A stretch of DNA of 64,000 bases, from positions 32,001 to 96,000 of the IMG/VR virus record IMGVR_UViG_3300037067_023527, one strand, 5' to 3'. Under the pieces are notes generated by a model, which ran no database searches, was not told the origin of the DNA, and was given only the letters and a program-made list of their open reading frames with translations. This document shows positions 30,119-39,958 of this stretch, piece after piece. Each line of letters begins with the position of its first letter. Position 1 is the first letter of the stretch. A program made the translations under genes and the position numbers. The DNA comes from a virus. Lineage: Duplodnaviria > Caudoviricetes.

Positions 30119-31987
30119 ATGACTCTTCCGGCTTGGTTTTCATTTGATTATGCTGGCAATCACACTGTCGACACCCTTAAAAACCATCAGGTTTATACCC
30201 GTCGATGGTGCAACTCGGTTTACGATGAAGCCAAAGTTGAGCAGGAGCAATGCGAAGAGATCATCGAGATCGACAAGCACATTCGCTATCTGATGGGAAA
30301 ACAATGGCCAGAGAAGAGGCCTACGTACAAAGCCAGCCCGGTTGCCAACCGAACATGGACGAACATGATCCAGTTGGTTTCCTATCTGACCGATATCCGG
30401 CAGTCGTTCGAAGTCCAGGCCCGAGACCGTTCCTACAATAACACGGCCGAAAAGCTCAACAGAATGGCCAGGTCGTGGTTTGTCGATAATGACGTCGACG
30501 TGACTACCGCCATGGTAATCATCTATTCCGCACTGACAACAGGATATGCGCGTCAGGTGTGGAATCAGGATCTTAATTCCGGAGAGGGCGATATTGAATT
30601 AACCGCCTGTGGACCTCTGGATGTGATGCCGATCAAACCCAGCCAAAAACTCCAGGATGCATACGGGCTTATTTACGAAAAGCCGATGCCGCTTGCATGG
30701 TTTCAAGAAAAGTTTCCAATTTTCGGAGACCTTGTAAGACCGGATGAGCGGTATAGCCGGTACAAAGGACGAACGACCTCTTTCGCCAATCAAGCTTTCT
30801 GGTACCTTGGGGCGGCATATCGAAGATTATTTGGATTGACGGAAAACCCCACCGTTTCCTCTGTCATTCCAATGGGCAGATATCGGGAGTTTTGGCTGAA
30901 GGACCATAGCATTAATACCTCCAACGTAGAAGTTTATGTCGGAGATATGACCAAGGGCACCGGGTATTTTGTTCAACCGCGCGGCCGGCTATATCCACGC
31001 GGCCGGCTGATCATCATGGGTGGAGATGTGGTGCTTTTTGATGGTCCCAACCCCTTTTGGCATGGACGGTTCCCGTTCTCAGCTCTGCGCATCAACCAAG
31101 TGCCCTGGCAATGGCCGGGCGTCTCTGAATTTAGAAACCAGATACCGATGCAGGATGTCATGAACAACATCCTGGCCGGCATTCTGGATATGGTGAAAAA
31201 GGCAGTCAATCCGCCGATGAGCGCCCCCCTGAATGCTTTCTCTGACGCAATGCGTAAAACCATGGATCCCAACATGCCGGGCGCCAGACTCTATTACAAT
31301 CCAGGAGCTGGGCAACCGCCTACTTGGGCTCAGATCGCGCAGCTTCCATCGTTTGTGTTCGAAACCATGATGTATGCCCGCGAGGAACTGACCGCCCAAA
31401 CCGGTTTCATTGACCCGTCCGCGGCAATGAACAAAAAGATCATTCCATCGGCAGATACGCTCGAGTCTCTTGGACAGAACCAACAAACCCTGGTCCGTTT
31501 GAAGGTGAGATACATTGAAGCCTTCTTCCGCGAGGTTGGAGAACAGTGGGTGGCCAATTCGTTTCAGTATCTGCGAGTGAAACGCAGGATTCTTTCCATG
31601 GGCCTCGATGGTCTCATATGGACTGATTGGACTTGGGATCCGAGAGAAATTACTCCAGAGCCTCTCAATCCATATGATCACTGGAGAAGTTATAAGTGGA
31701 CCGTCATGCCAGGATCATTGTTGAAGAGCTCGAGAGAGCCCGATCAGGCAAAAGCAATGAGACTGCGCCAGCAAGGAGACATGGATCGCAAGAATCTCTA
31801 CAAGATCCTCGACCTTGAATCTCTTACTGAGTCTGTGGAACGTAACCTTAAGGCTGAAGGCGCCGATATTTTGACCAATATGCTACGTCAAAAGATGTCC
31901 ATGACGGCGGGCGGCGGCGGGTTGAGTCCCGAGGCGCTTGAACAGCTAAATCAGGCAACGACTGCACGTCCGGAGCCAATAAATTAA
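30119..31987 (+). CDS. portal protein (P22-like)
   Basis: 622 aa, position after terL, NPFWHGRFPF..., QDVMN. Confidence 0.85.
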   Translation: MTLPAWFSFDYAGNHTVDTLKNHQVYTRRWCNSVYDEAKVEQEQCEEIIEIDKHIRYLMGKQWPEKRPTYKASPVANRTWTNMIQLVSYLTDIRQSFEVQARDRSYNNTAEKLNRMARSWFVDNDVDVTTAMVIIYSALTTGYARQVWNQDLNSGEGDIELTACGPLDVMPIKPSQKLQDAYGLIYEKPMPLAWFQEKFPIFGDLVRPDERYSRYKGRTTSFANQAFWYLGAAYRRLFGLTENPTVSSVIPMGRYREFWLKDHSINTSNVEVYVGDMTKGTGYFVQPRGRLYPRGRLIIMGGDVVLFDGPNPFWHGRFPFSALRINQVPWQWPGVSEFRNQIPMQDVMNNILAGILDMVKKAVNPPMSAPLNAFSDAMRKTMDPNMPGARLYYNPGAGQPPTWAQIAQLPSFVFETMMYAREELTAQTGFIDPSAAMNKKIIPSADTLESLGQNQQTLVRLKVRYIEAFFREVGEQWVANSFQYLRVKRRILSMGLDGLIWTDWTWDPREITPEPLNPYDHWRSYKWTVMPGSLLKSSREPDQAKAMRLRQQGDMDRKNLYKILDLESLTESVERNLKAEGADILTNMLRQKMSMTAGGGGLSPEALEQLNQATTARPEPIN

Positions 31988-32392
31988 TGCGGGGATAAAA
32001 ATGCCAGGAATTGTCTTGTCCGCTAATCCGATAGGAACGACTTCACGTCCGGCTCATTTTGAATATTACAACCATTATGACGAGGTAGATCTCGGCTTCG
32101 GAAAAAAGAAACGCGTCCGAACACGCATGCAACGTCACGTACCCGCCTGCGAGGCCGTTATCTTTATTTGCCCTGCTTCCAGATGCGGCAAAAGAAACGA
32201 GCAATCGATTCTGCGCGCCAAGGCGTCTATCGGAGAAACTCTTAGTTTTACCTGTGCAAAATGCGGCCGTGAAATAGAAGTCTCGAAGCCCAAGCCAAAA
32301 CTACAGGCGATCGTTGTACCCGGTATAGAAAAAGCGAAGCCATTCGGATTGGTCGATCCTTCTGGCCGGCCAATTCATTCATAGGAGAGTTT

Positions 32393-32599
32393 ATGGCCGA
32401 AAAATGGATCCAGGGCGCAATCAAGAAGCCTGGAAGCTTTACAGCTTCTGCAAAAAAAGCCGGTAAATCTGTGGCTGAATACGCGCAAGAAAAGAAGGGC
32501 GCCAAGGGAGCTATTGGTCGCCGCGCGCGTTTGGCCAATACACTGCGGAAGCTTGGTAGAAAGCGGTCGCGAAGCAAATCACGCGGCGGATCGAGATAA
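32393..32599 (+). CDS. small basic phage protein (KWIQ.AIKKPG family)
   Basis: K/R-rich, RRARLA.TL.K. Confidence 0.7.
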   Translation: MAEKWIQGAIKKPGSFTASAKKAGKSVAEYAQEKKGAKGAIGRRARLANTLRKLGRKRSRSKSRGGSR

Positions 32600-32735
32600 T
32601 TTTAAAGAAATTTTCGAGGGGACTTGACAAGGCTTTGAGAGAATCAAATCTGACGAAAGATATTCTCCCGATAAGCAATGCGGGAGGAAAACTTTTACTT
32701 GTCCGTTTTCCTCTCGCAAAGCTTTTGGAGGCCCA

Positions 32736-32966
32736 ATGCCGAAATTAACGCCAAGTGCATCGAAGTCAGCCAAAAAAGAACGGATGCACGAGGAGATGAA
32801 GAAATTCTCCGAGGGTAAGATGCATAGCGGCTCCAAGACAGGCCCAACCGTAACCTCGCGGGCGCAGGCGATCGCGATTGGACTCAACGAATCTGGTCAG
32901 TCAAAAAAAGATCGCGGCAAGAGACGGAAGAACAGAAGCAACAATAGATCTTCGGGGAGGAGATAA
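32736..32966 (+). CDS. DUF6496-like basic protein
   Basis: GKMHSGSKTGPTVTSRAQAIAIGLNESG. Confidence 0.75.
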   Translation: MPKLTPSASKSAKKERMHEEMKKFSEGKMHSGSKTGPTVTSRAQAIAIGLNESGQSKKDRGKRRKNRSNNRSSGRR

Positions 32967-33292
32967 TGCCGAAAACAGCCGATGAATATATTGCTTCTGC
33001 CGATAAAAAATTGGAGCGAATCAGAGAACTCGGCGCCAAATCAGAACAGCGTTGGCTGGCCATTGGTCCCAAAAAGCGATTGACCCCAGAGGACCGAATG
33101 GAGCAGAGACTTCTTTCTCAGAACGAACTTCTGGACCGTTCAAGAGGGATGCAGCTCAAACGCGCGGAGCGGGAAAAATCAGGAATGCGTAAGGGCGGAC
33201 AGGTTCGCGCAACCGGGAAGCGCACTCTTCATAAGGGAGAGATGGTAGCCCGCAAGGCGCGCCGAACCAATTACAGGGGCGGCGGGCGATAA
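32966..33292 (+). CDS. basic hypothetical protein
   Basis: KGGQVRATG..TLHKGEMV motif, RGGGR tail. Confidence 0.55.
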   Translation: MPKTADEYIASADKKLERIRELGAKSEQRWLAIGPKKRLTPEDRMEQRLLSQNELLDRSRGMQLKRAEREKSGMRKGGQVRATGKRTLHKGEMVARKARRTNYRGGGR

Positions 33293-33341
33293 CGAATTTC
33301 GGGAGAATGCTTTTCAGGGTGTATTCACAAAGGAGAAAGCG

Positions 33342-33515
33342 ATGCCGGATAAAGTAGGATCTGCAAACGAGCCTTCCAGTGGACAGGGAATCCAGGGTGA
33401 CGGGACTGCCCTTAAGGGACAGTACGATAGCCCGGGAACTCATGTTCCGTTGGATAGGACTCCACACAATGTTGAATCGACTATCCCTCCCAACAAAGGG
33501 GGCGGAAAGGACTAA
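33342..33515 (+). CDS. small protein (57 aa, not in ORF track)
   Basis: RBS AAGGAG; MPDKVGSANE...KGGGKD. Confidence 0.5.
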   Translation: MPDKVGSANEPSSGQGIQGDGTALKGQYDSPGTHVPLDRTPHNVESTIPPNKGGGKD

Positions 33516-33518
33516 GCC

Positions 33519-33878
33519 ATGGCTTCTTTTCCGATGGCATTAGGGCAGGCGCCTCCTCAGCCTCCGGATGTAACGGGGCAGATGGGCGCCGGCCCGGGTC
33601 CAGGTCCAATGGGGCCCATTGCCGCACGGCAGCAAGCGGCTTCAGAAGGCCAGGCCAACCCGCACGGGGCATTGATGTCCCAGGCGAGCGCCGTAAAAGC
33701 AGTTTTGGAGCAAATGGCTGAGCTGGAAGAGGGGTTCGCTCCTTTCGCCCGGCAGGCTATTCAAGTCATTACCAATGGAGTGTCAGCTGTCAGTGCGGCT
33801 CCACCGCCTTCGGCGTTGCCTCCGGAGATGAGTCAGGCTCCTCCTGGCATTCCGGGCGCTACTCCGCCCTTGGCGTAA
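33519..33878 (+). CDS. Pro/Ala-rich head-associated protein
   Basis: composition and position before scaffold. Confidence 0.55.
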   Translation: MASFPMALGQAPPQPPDVTGQMGAGPGPGPMGPIAARQQAASEGQANPHGALMSQASAVKAVLEQMAELEEGFAPFARQAIQVITNGVSAVSAAPPPSALPPEMSQAPPGIPGATPPLA

Positions 33879-33938
33879 GACAAACTGATGGCATCGGGAG
33901 AATGCCAAACAAAGGACGAGTAGAAAATATGGTTTAAA

Positions 33939-34877
33939 ATGCCGCTAACACCGGAACTCGAAGCGTTGCTCGGCAAAGTTGCCGATCCGACGAAACGAGA
34001 AGGGTTGCGCAAACAATTGGAAGATCCTACCTTGCTGGATTTCGGCAAGGAATTGTCGGCCGGTTATCTGCGTCAATCCGAATTTTCTCGAAAGATGAAT
34101 GAAATAACCGAAGCCGACAATGTTCGCAGAGCCGCCTATGATAAGGGATTGGGCTGGGTAGAACAGAATCGGGCCAACTACACCCAGGCCGTAAAAGAGC
34201 GGGAAGCCGCCATTGAAAAGGCCAAAGCCGCAGAAGCCAGAGCCGCAGAACTGGCAAAGGGATCCAATCCATCGGCAACGAATACTACCATCGAAGACAT
34301 TAACATGTCGGATGACAACGCCGTTGCGAGAGCCATCAAAGAGGCTCGCACGGATGCTGCCAATGCCCGTCTGGAAGCTCAACGATTAGCCGGCGTGGTA
34401 ACCAAAATCAATACGATGCTGGATAGCGGGGAATTGCTTACCACAAAGCAATTCCAGGATGAAGCCGGAAAACAGCTTGAAGCTTATTCCCGTGCAACCA
34501 TGGACGTTATGGGAACGATGCAGAGGGCAAAGTCTGAATTTGGCCTCGACCTTGATCGCGATGCGTTGTTGAGAGAGTCGGCAAATTACAACGGAGACCT
34601 CTCGAAAGCTTACGAAAAGCTCACATCCGATGCCCGGATGGAAAAAATCAAAAATGATATTCGGGCTGAATTGCAGAAGGAATTTGACGCCAAACAACAG
34701 GCGACCCAGGGAAACCCCCTCGCTGCCGGCGCGCCGCCCATTATGGGGCCACTGCAGCAAATGGTTTATCAGTCTAAGAATACTGAATCGCAGATTGATC
34801 CGAATATTCCAGCGGATGGATCGCATCGGCTTGCTCATGCGATTGCCGCTGAGCTTCGCGCTGAAGGAAAGTATTAG
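33939..34877 (+). CDS. putative capsid scaffolding protein
   Basis: helical; GYLRQSEFSRK motif; immediately before the capsid gene. Confidence 0.7.
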   Translation: MPLTPELEALLGKVADPTKREGLRKQLEDPTLLDFGKELSAGYLRQSEFSRKMNEITEADNVRRAAYDKGLGWVEQNRANYTQAVKEREAAIEKAKAAEARAAELAKGSNPSATNTTIEDINMSDDNAVARAIKEARTDAANARLEAQRLAGVVTKINTMLDSGELLTTKQFQDEAGKQLEAYSRATMDVMGTMQRAKSEFGLDLDRDALLRESANYNGDLSKAYEKLTSDARMEKIKNDIRAELQKEFDAKQQATQGNPLAAGAPPIMGPLQQMVYQSKNTESQIDPNIPADGSHRLAHAIAAELRAEGKY

Positions 34878-35056
34878 CAGTCTCAACCCGATCGGGGAAG
34901 GCTCCCCCGATCGGGGCACCGCCGGTCGACCGGAGCCACAATGGAAGCCCACGGGCGGAACCAGAGTGGAAGGTAGCGACAAACAAGGTGAGTGCACAGT
35001 AAGAGCCAATTAAGTGCATTTACGGTGTTTGTTCAACTTAACTCAAGGAGAGTCAA

Positions 35057-36710
35057 ATGCTTACGTGGGATTAAAATTGAGTATGGTCCCACTCAAACTT
35101 CGCTATATGCTGGAACAGCCTAAAGCCAAGGATGCCAATGAGCGAAAATTCCGAGGATAAGACAATGGCCAATCAGCAGGAAACAGATATAGCATGGCTT
35201 GCAGGTATCTTCGATGGAGAAGGTACGATATCGGTGACAAAGAACAATGGGACAAAAAATCCCGAATGGAATTGCCGGAAAACAGATATGGCTATAGGGA
35301 ACGGTGACGAGAGAATTATTTTGAGGGCAGTACAAATATTAGAATCTCTCGGAATCCGTCCATATTTGACATGTGCTGAGCCGGCAAGTCACCAGAGGCT
35401 AAAACGGTGGAGAATTGGCGTTACCAAAAGAGCTGATGTAAGAAGGCTCACAGAGTTGCTTATTCCCCAACTGACGGCCAAAAAAGAACAAGCCATTTTA
35501 TTGAATCGGTATGTGACCTCAAGGATCGAACGTGAAGAGAAGTTAGGGATGACACGTAAGAATCCGGTTTCTTTGGATGAAGTATCTTTGGGGAATCAAA
35601 TACTAGACTTCAATAATCCACTATCTGGCCCCTCACAGACTGCACGCGAAGACGCAAGAAATAGCTTGCGGATGATACAGTCGGGCCTCATGTGAAAGCA
35701 TGAGAGGTCAGCAGAAATGACTGGCCCCTTCGCTCGCGCGAAGAGTAACAAAAGCGGACATAACTGGAAAAGTCCAGCGGCATATTATCCCTCGGTTGAT
35801 CGATGTCGTTTATAAATCGTCACCCGTCTTCACCCGTCTTCGGACACGGTGCGCGGAGCGATTTGAGGGCGGCACCAAGATCAGCCAACCGATCGGATAT
35901 GCCGAGCTGAATGGAGACGCGTACAAACGCGGCGGTCAGTTCAAAACTGAGTACGTCCAAACCGATACCAACATTGAGGTCGCGCCAAAGTTTTACTATG
36001 TCACGATCTCTGCCTATGGACCGGACAATGTTCTGGCTCGTGGGCCCGAAGCCGCAATGTCTTACATCGAATCCAAATTTGTGAATGCTTCTGGAAAAAT
36101 GGCCAAACTCCTGGCCCAGAACATGTATCGGGATGGAACTGGCGTTGTATCCGATACCATTCACGTCGATGGATTCCTGGCTGCACTGGACAATGGTTTG
36201 ACCTACGGGTCCTATGCAGGAGTGGATCGTAGCGATCTCGGTATCGCGGACGGCACCAACAACCAGGGGATTAACGCGTATGTTAATACCCTGTCGACCT
36301 TCACCATGAAGGGCATGCAGACCGCCTATGGAGCTTCTTACATGGGCAACGAGCATGTGGATATGATCGCGACCACTCAGGATTGCTGGAACCTGATTTA
36401 CAACAAAATTCTCCCGCAGCAACGATTCGAGGCGACGGGCGAAGATGTTGCCAAAATCGGTTTTCAGGCTCTTCGGTGGAATGGAGTCACCATCGTGGTC
36501 GACCAGTATTGCCCGGCCGGCTACATCTGGGGGCTCAACACGAATTACATCCAGTTCTGGGTTTCCACTCTTCCGCGTTACCAGTTCGGCTGGACCGGTT
36601 GGAAAGAGGCGCAGGGCACAGATGACATGGTCGGACAGTATTTGTGGAGTGGCAACTATCTGGTTACCAACCCACGCATGATGTTCCAATTGAACGGAGT
36701 TACGGCCTAA
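35057..36710 (+). CDS. major capsid protein, spliced join(35057..35071,35757..36710), 322 aa
   Basis: RBS AAGGAG; exon1 MLTWD is in frame with exon2 DITGKVQRHIIPRLIDVVYKSSP...; GFQALRWNGVTIVVDQYCP. Confidence 0.88.
35072..35756 (+). mobile_element. group I self-splicing intron
   Basis: P1 GTGGGAT/GTCCCAC with U.G at the 5' splice site; P3 CTTCGC/GCGAAG; P4 TGCTG/CAGCA; P7 GACTG/CAGTC; P8, P9; terminal omega-G 35756. Confidence 0.92.
35165..35695 (+). CDS. intron-encoded LAGLIDADG homing endonuclease (alternative start 35132)
   Basis: IAWLAGIFDGEGTI; LIPQLTAKKEQA. Confidence 0.9.
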   Translation: MANQQETDIAWLAGIFDGEGTISVTKNNGTKNPEWNCRKTDMAIGNGDERIILRAVQILESLGIRPYLTCAEPASHQRLKRWRIGVTKRADVRRLTELLIPQLTAKKEQAILLNRYVTSRIEREEKLGMTRKNPVSLDEVSLGNQILDFNNPLSGPSQTAREDARNSLRMIQSGLM

Positions 36711-36737
36711 ATTCAACAATCTGGAAGGAGTAATGTC

Positions 36738-37259
36738 ATGGGAGAGCAGTTGCTTTATGGTCCCAACCAGGTTGCTGAGTTTCCGCAATCTGGACCTGCT
36801 TATGCAAACGATGCGTCCGCTATTAACGTCCCGGGCCGCATCATCCAGTACAAGGGCAAGTTATACCGGTACGTCAAATTCGATAACGGCGCTGGCGATG
36901 TAGATGCTGTCGCCGGCGGAGTTGCGCACTGGAAAACTTTGGATCCCGACACTGGGTCATTCGTTGTCACCAGCGATTATGATGATTCCATTGGCGGAAA
37001 GAATTCCGTCGCTGGAGTTTTCGAAGTCGCGGGTGTAACGCATGGTTATTACACCTGGATCGTTGTCGGAGGAGTTCAGCACACTAAGGTGGCTGCGGCT
37101 ACAGTTGCAGGCGATCGCTTGATTGCCGGCACAACCGACATGCAATTCGAACGCATTGCCACTACCGTGGCGCCCACCGAGAATGTTTACGGTGTCGCTC
37201 TGGATGCCTATGATACTTCAGGGTACGCTCGCGTTCTCTTGCAGAATCTTGACTGGTAA
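36738..37259 (+). CDS. putative capsid decoration/cement protein
   Basis: after the capsid gene; YRYVKF...VAGV...YYTWIVVGG. Confidence 0.6.
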   Translation: MGEQLLYGPNQVAEFPQSGPAYANDASAINVPGRIIQYKGKLYRYVKFDNGAGDVDAVAGGVAHWKTLDPDTGSFVVTSDYDDSIGGKNSVAGVFEVAGVTHGYYTWIVVGGVQHTKVAAATVAGDRLIAGTTDMQFERIATTVAPTENVYGVALDAYDTSGYARVLLQNLDW

Positions 37260-37273
37260 TAAGGAGGCCAGAG

Positions 37274-37528
37274 ATGGGTGCTGTTACGATTACCAAAGAT
37301 AACGAGGCTGTCGGCCAGGGCAATTCGCCCTGCAAACGCTGCACAGCCTCATCTATAACCGATGGCGATACCCTGGAATCTGGATTCAGCAAGGTCAACC
37401 AGGTATTTGCCAGCGGTCTCGGAGAAACCCAGGCGATCGCCTGGACGCAGAGCGACGGCACGATCACCTTCACGGTCACCGCCGGGCCTGCAACCAATAT
37501 CGACCTGTTGATCTTCGGGGAATTCTAA
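37274..37528 (+). CDS. small virion protein
   Basis: RBS AAGGAGG; beta-rich. Confidence 0.5.
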   Translation: MGAVTITKDNEAVGQGNSPCKRCTASSITDGDTLESGFSKVNQVFASGLGETQAIAWTQSDGTITFTVTAGPATNIDLLIFGEF

Positions 37529-37590
37529 TCTGCCGTTGCGTCCCGGGTTCGGCATCTGATTGACGCCGGCCCGGGATTGCAAGAACAAGG

Positions 37591-38772
37591 ATGACAATGA
37601 ACGAATATATCGGCCCTATCCAGCCGTTTACCGGCGCGATGGCTCAGGAGAATTTTGGGCAGATGATCGATCATGTCATTTCCTGGAATAGTAAAATCCC
37701 TTCGCAACTCGTTAAGCGCCGAATAAACCTGCATCTTAGAGAAATCCAAGGCTTGCGCACATGGGCAGGTCTTTTTGTGCGTGGGGAGTTTAGAATCCAC
37801 GCCGCTTACACGACAGGAACTATCGCAGCCACGCCTGGATCTGACATCATTACAGGAACAACAACCGCATGGCCATATCGAGATTCAGTCAATACGACTC
37901 TCTCGGTGGACGTGACGGTGGCCAACGAACTGCAGGACGTGACTCCTGTCTTGATGACCAATATCGAAATGGGGGACTGGATTCTTATTGGCGAGGGAAC
38001 GGCCAACGAGGAGTTTGTCCTGGTTCATTCGGTGACCTCTACGACATTCCAGGCGAGGCCGACCAAGGTCCATTCCGCTGGAGAAACCATTACAAAAAGC
38101 TCATATATCGGCCGGGCGATGCGCGTGGGATACCGGAAAAGCATGTATCCCATTATAGGGATTACTTCCGATCAGCGCATGAAAATAGACTGCCCTTACT
38201 CGCATGACGCCGAAACCGCCCAGACCTACCAGATCGTTGAGCCGTACATAACGATGCCTCCAGGACTGAAAGTCGTTTGGTCGATCGTAAACATGAATCA
38301 GGGCTGGGCGATAAAGGCGTATCTCCCCCAGGAGGTTGTGCAACGCTATGACGCTTGGCGCGCCGCCCAGGGCTGGCCTTCTTTAATGCTAAATTTCACA
38401 CCAGACCATATTGGCCGGATTAGATACGAACTATATCCCACCCCGACAGTCGATCAATCCATTCCATTCATAGCCTCCAGGATAATTCCCAATTTGACTG
38501 ATGATGAGGATTGCCCGCCTACCTGCATCCCCAGCGGAATTATCGTCAATCACACCCTGGCCGACGCATTGCTGCACGACCGCAAGAGCGAATATTACGA
38601 CCCGACGGCATCCAGGGAATTCCGCAACCAGGCCCAGATCGCAATGAACGGCGCCATTCTCGATGATGACAATGTTTATATGCAGAACCTGGAATGGATA
38701 ATTTCGCGCTATAATCTAGTTGCGCCAGGCAGCGATTTCTGGCAATCCCACGACGAAGGCTATTTTTTATGA
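37591..38772 (+). CDS. head-tail adaptor-like protein with inserted beta domain
   Basis: ELYPTPT..., position in head/tail module. Confidence 0.55.
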   Translation: MTMNEYIGPIQPFTGAMAQENFGQMIDHVISWNSKIPSQLVKRRINLHLREIQGLRTWAGLFVRGEFRIHAAYTTGTIAATPGSDIITGTTTAWPYRDSVNTTLSVDVTVANELQDVTPVLMTNIEMGDWILIGEGTANEEFVLVHSVTSTTFQARPTKVHSAGETITKSSYIGRAMRVGYRKSMYPIIGITSDQRMKIDCPYSHDAETAQTYQIVEPYITMPPGLKVVWSIVNMNQGWAIKAYLPQEVVQRYDAWRAAQGWPSLMLNFTPDHIGRIRYELYPTPTVDQSIPFIASRIIPNLTDDEDCPPTCIPSGIIVNHTLADALLHDRKSEYYDPTASREFRNQAQIAMNGAILDDDNVYMQNLEWIISRYNLVAPGSDFWQSHDEGYFL

Positions 38773-39437
38773 TCTCCTGTCCCAAAGTCCTAGTTACCAT
38801 TCCTGTTTATCAATCCGTAGAAGCCCTTCCCTACATGACGCATCTATTATTTTCTCAACAGACCGGGAAGGCTGAGGCGATGGGAAAATACAAGGTGCGC
38901 TTTAATGTGGGCGGCCCAGGGGTAAGATGCCCTCTTGTCCGGAATGGAGGCGTCGAAATCGCACTTACTGGTGGAGGGGATTTCCTGTTCTTTGTCGACG
39001 ATGACATGCTTATCCAACCAGATATCCTGGAAAGACTTCTGGAAATAGACAAGCCAATCGCAACTCCAATCTTCTTTAGATCCGGGGGAAACAACGCCCC
39101 TCTCGTCTATGACATTGATTCATCGACCGGGGAACCGGTCAACATGACCAATTACCCTGTCGATCAGGTGTTCGAGGCGCCCGGAGGCTGTGGCACGGGA
39201 GTAATGCTTATTAAGAGAGAGGTCTTCGAAGCCCTCGACGCCCCATATTTTTATTATCCGCAGGATACCCGGTACGGCATGGATCTATTGTTTTGCCGAA
39301 GAGCTCGAGAGAAAGGATTCGCTACTTATTGCGATAGCCGGATCCTGGTTGAGCAGATGGATAACCCGCAGCCGGTCGGCCGGCGGCAATGGACCGAAAG
39401 GAAGCTTAGAAATGAACAATCCAAAGGCTCAGTTTAA
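38769..39437 (+). CDS. GT-A fold glycosyltransferase-like protein
   Basis: LFFVDDDM (DxD), GCGTGVMLIKREVF, GMDLLFC. Confidence 0.8.
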   Translation: MISCPKVLVTIPVYQSVEALPYMTHLLFSQQTGKAEAMGKYKVRFNVGGPGVRCPLVRNGGVEIALTGGGDFLFFVDDDMLIQPDILERLLEIDKPIATPIFFRSGGNNAPLVYDIDSSTGEPVNMTNYPVDQVFEAPGGCGTGVMLIKREVFEALDAPYFYYPQDTRYGMDLLFCRRAREKGFATYCDSRILVEQMDNPQPVGRRQWTERKLRNEQSKGSV

Positions 39438-39642
39438 CATCCCGACTGACTCAGGACCTGTACCTCGTAAAGGCTCTCCGGCCGGAGAAGGGTTGCCGCC
39501 TTTCCCAAAGGACAATCAGCCCAAAGAACGCACAATTGAATTCGAATATCCTCCCTCGGTCAATTCTAAACCCGGGAAAAGTGAATAATCTCACTGTCGC
39601 TTGACATCCCTCCGTTAACATAGTTGTCGGGAGGGAATAGAA

Positions 39643-39957
39643 ATGTTTATTTTTCTTGAAAAGATTTTGGCAGGAGACACCGCGGAACCGCTCAGCGCAA
39701 CATCATTAAAAGTCAGCCTAGCCCTTGTCCAGGTGAAGAGAACGAATTCCCACGCAATAGAAATCGCCCCCAAGGATGTTAATGGAAATCTTCCCACAAC
39801 GGGAAAGGCTCACGAATTGATTAAACCAGTGGCTGATGAGCAATTGGTAGATTACGAGATCAGTCCTACGGGAGATCAAAACGTCGAAGATCTTTCCGAG
39901 TGGTACATTCTTGGAACTGCAGGGGAAGGGGTGAACATAGTCTACGAGGTATTTTAA
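39643..39957 (+). CDS. putative virion protein
   Basis: RBS GGAGG; context. Confidence 0.45.
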   Translation: MFIFLEKILAGDTAEPLSATSLKVSLALVQVKRTNSHAIEIAPKDVNGNLPTTGKAHELIKPVADEQLVDYEISPTGDQNVEDLSEWYILGTAGEGVNIVYEVF

Positions 39958-39958
39958 A

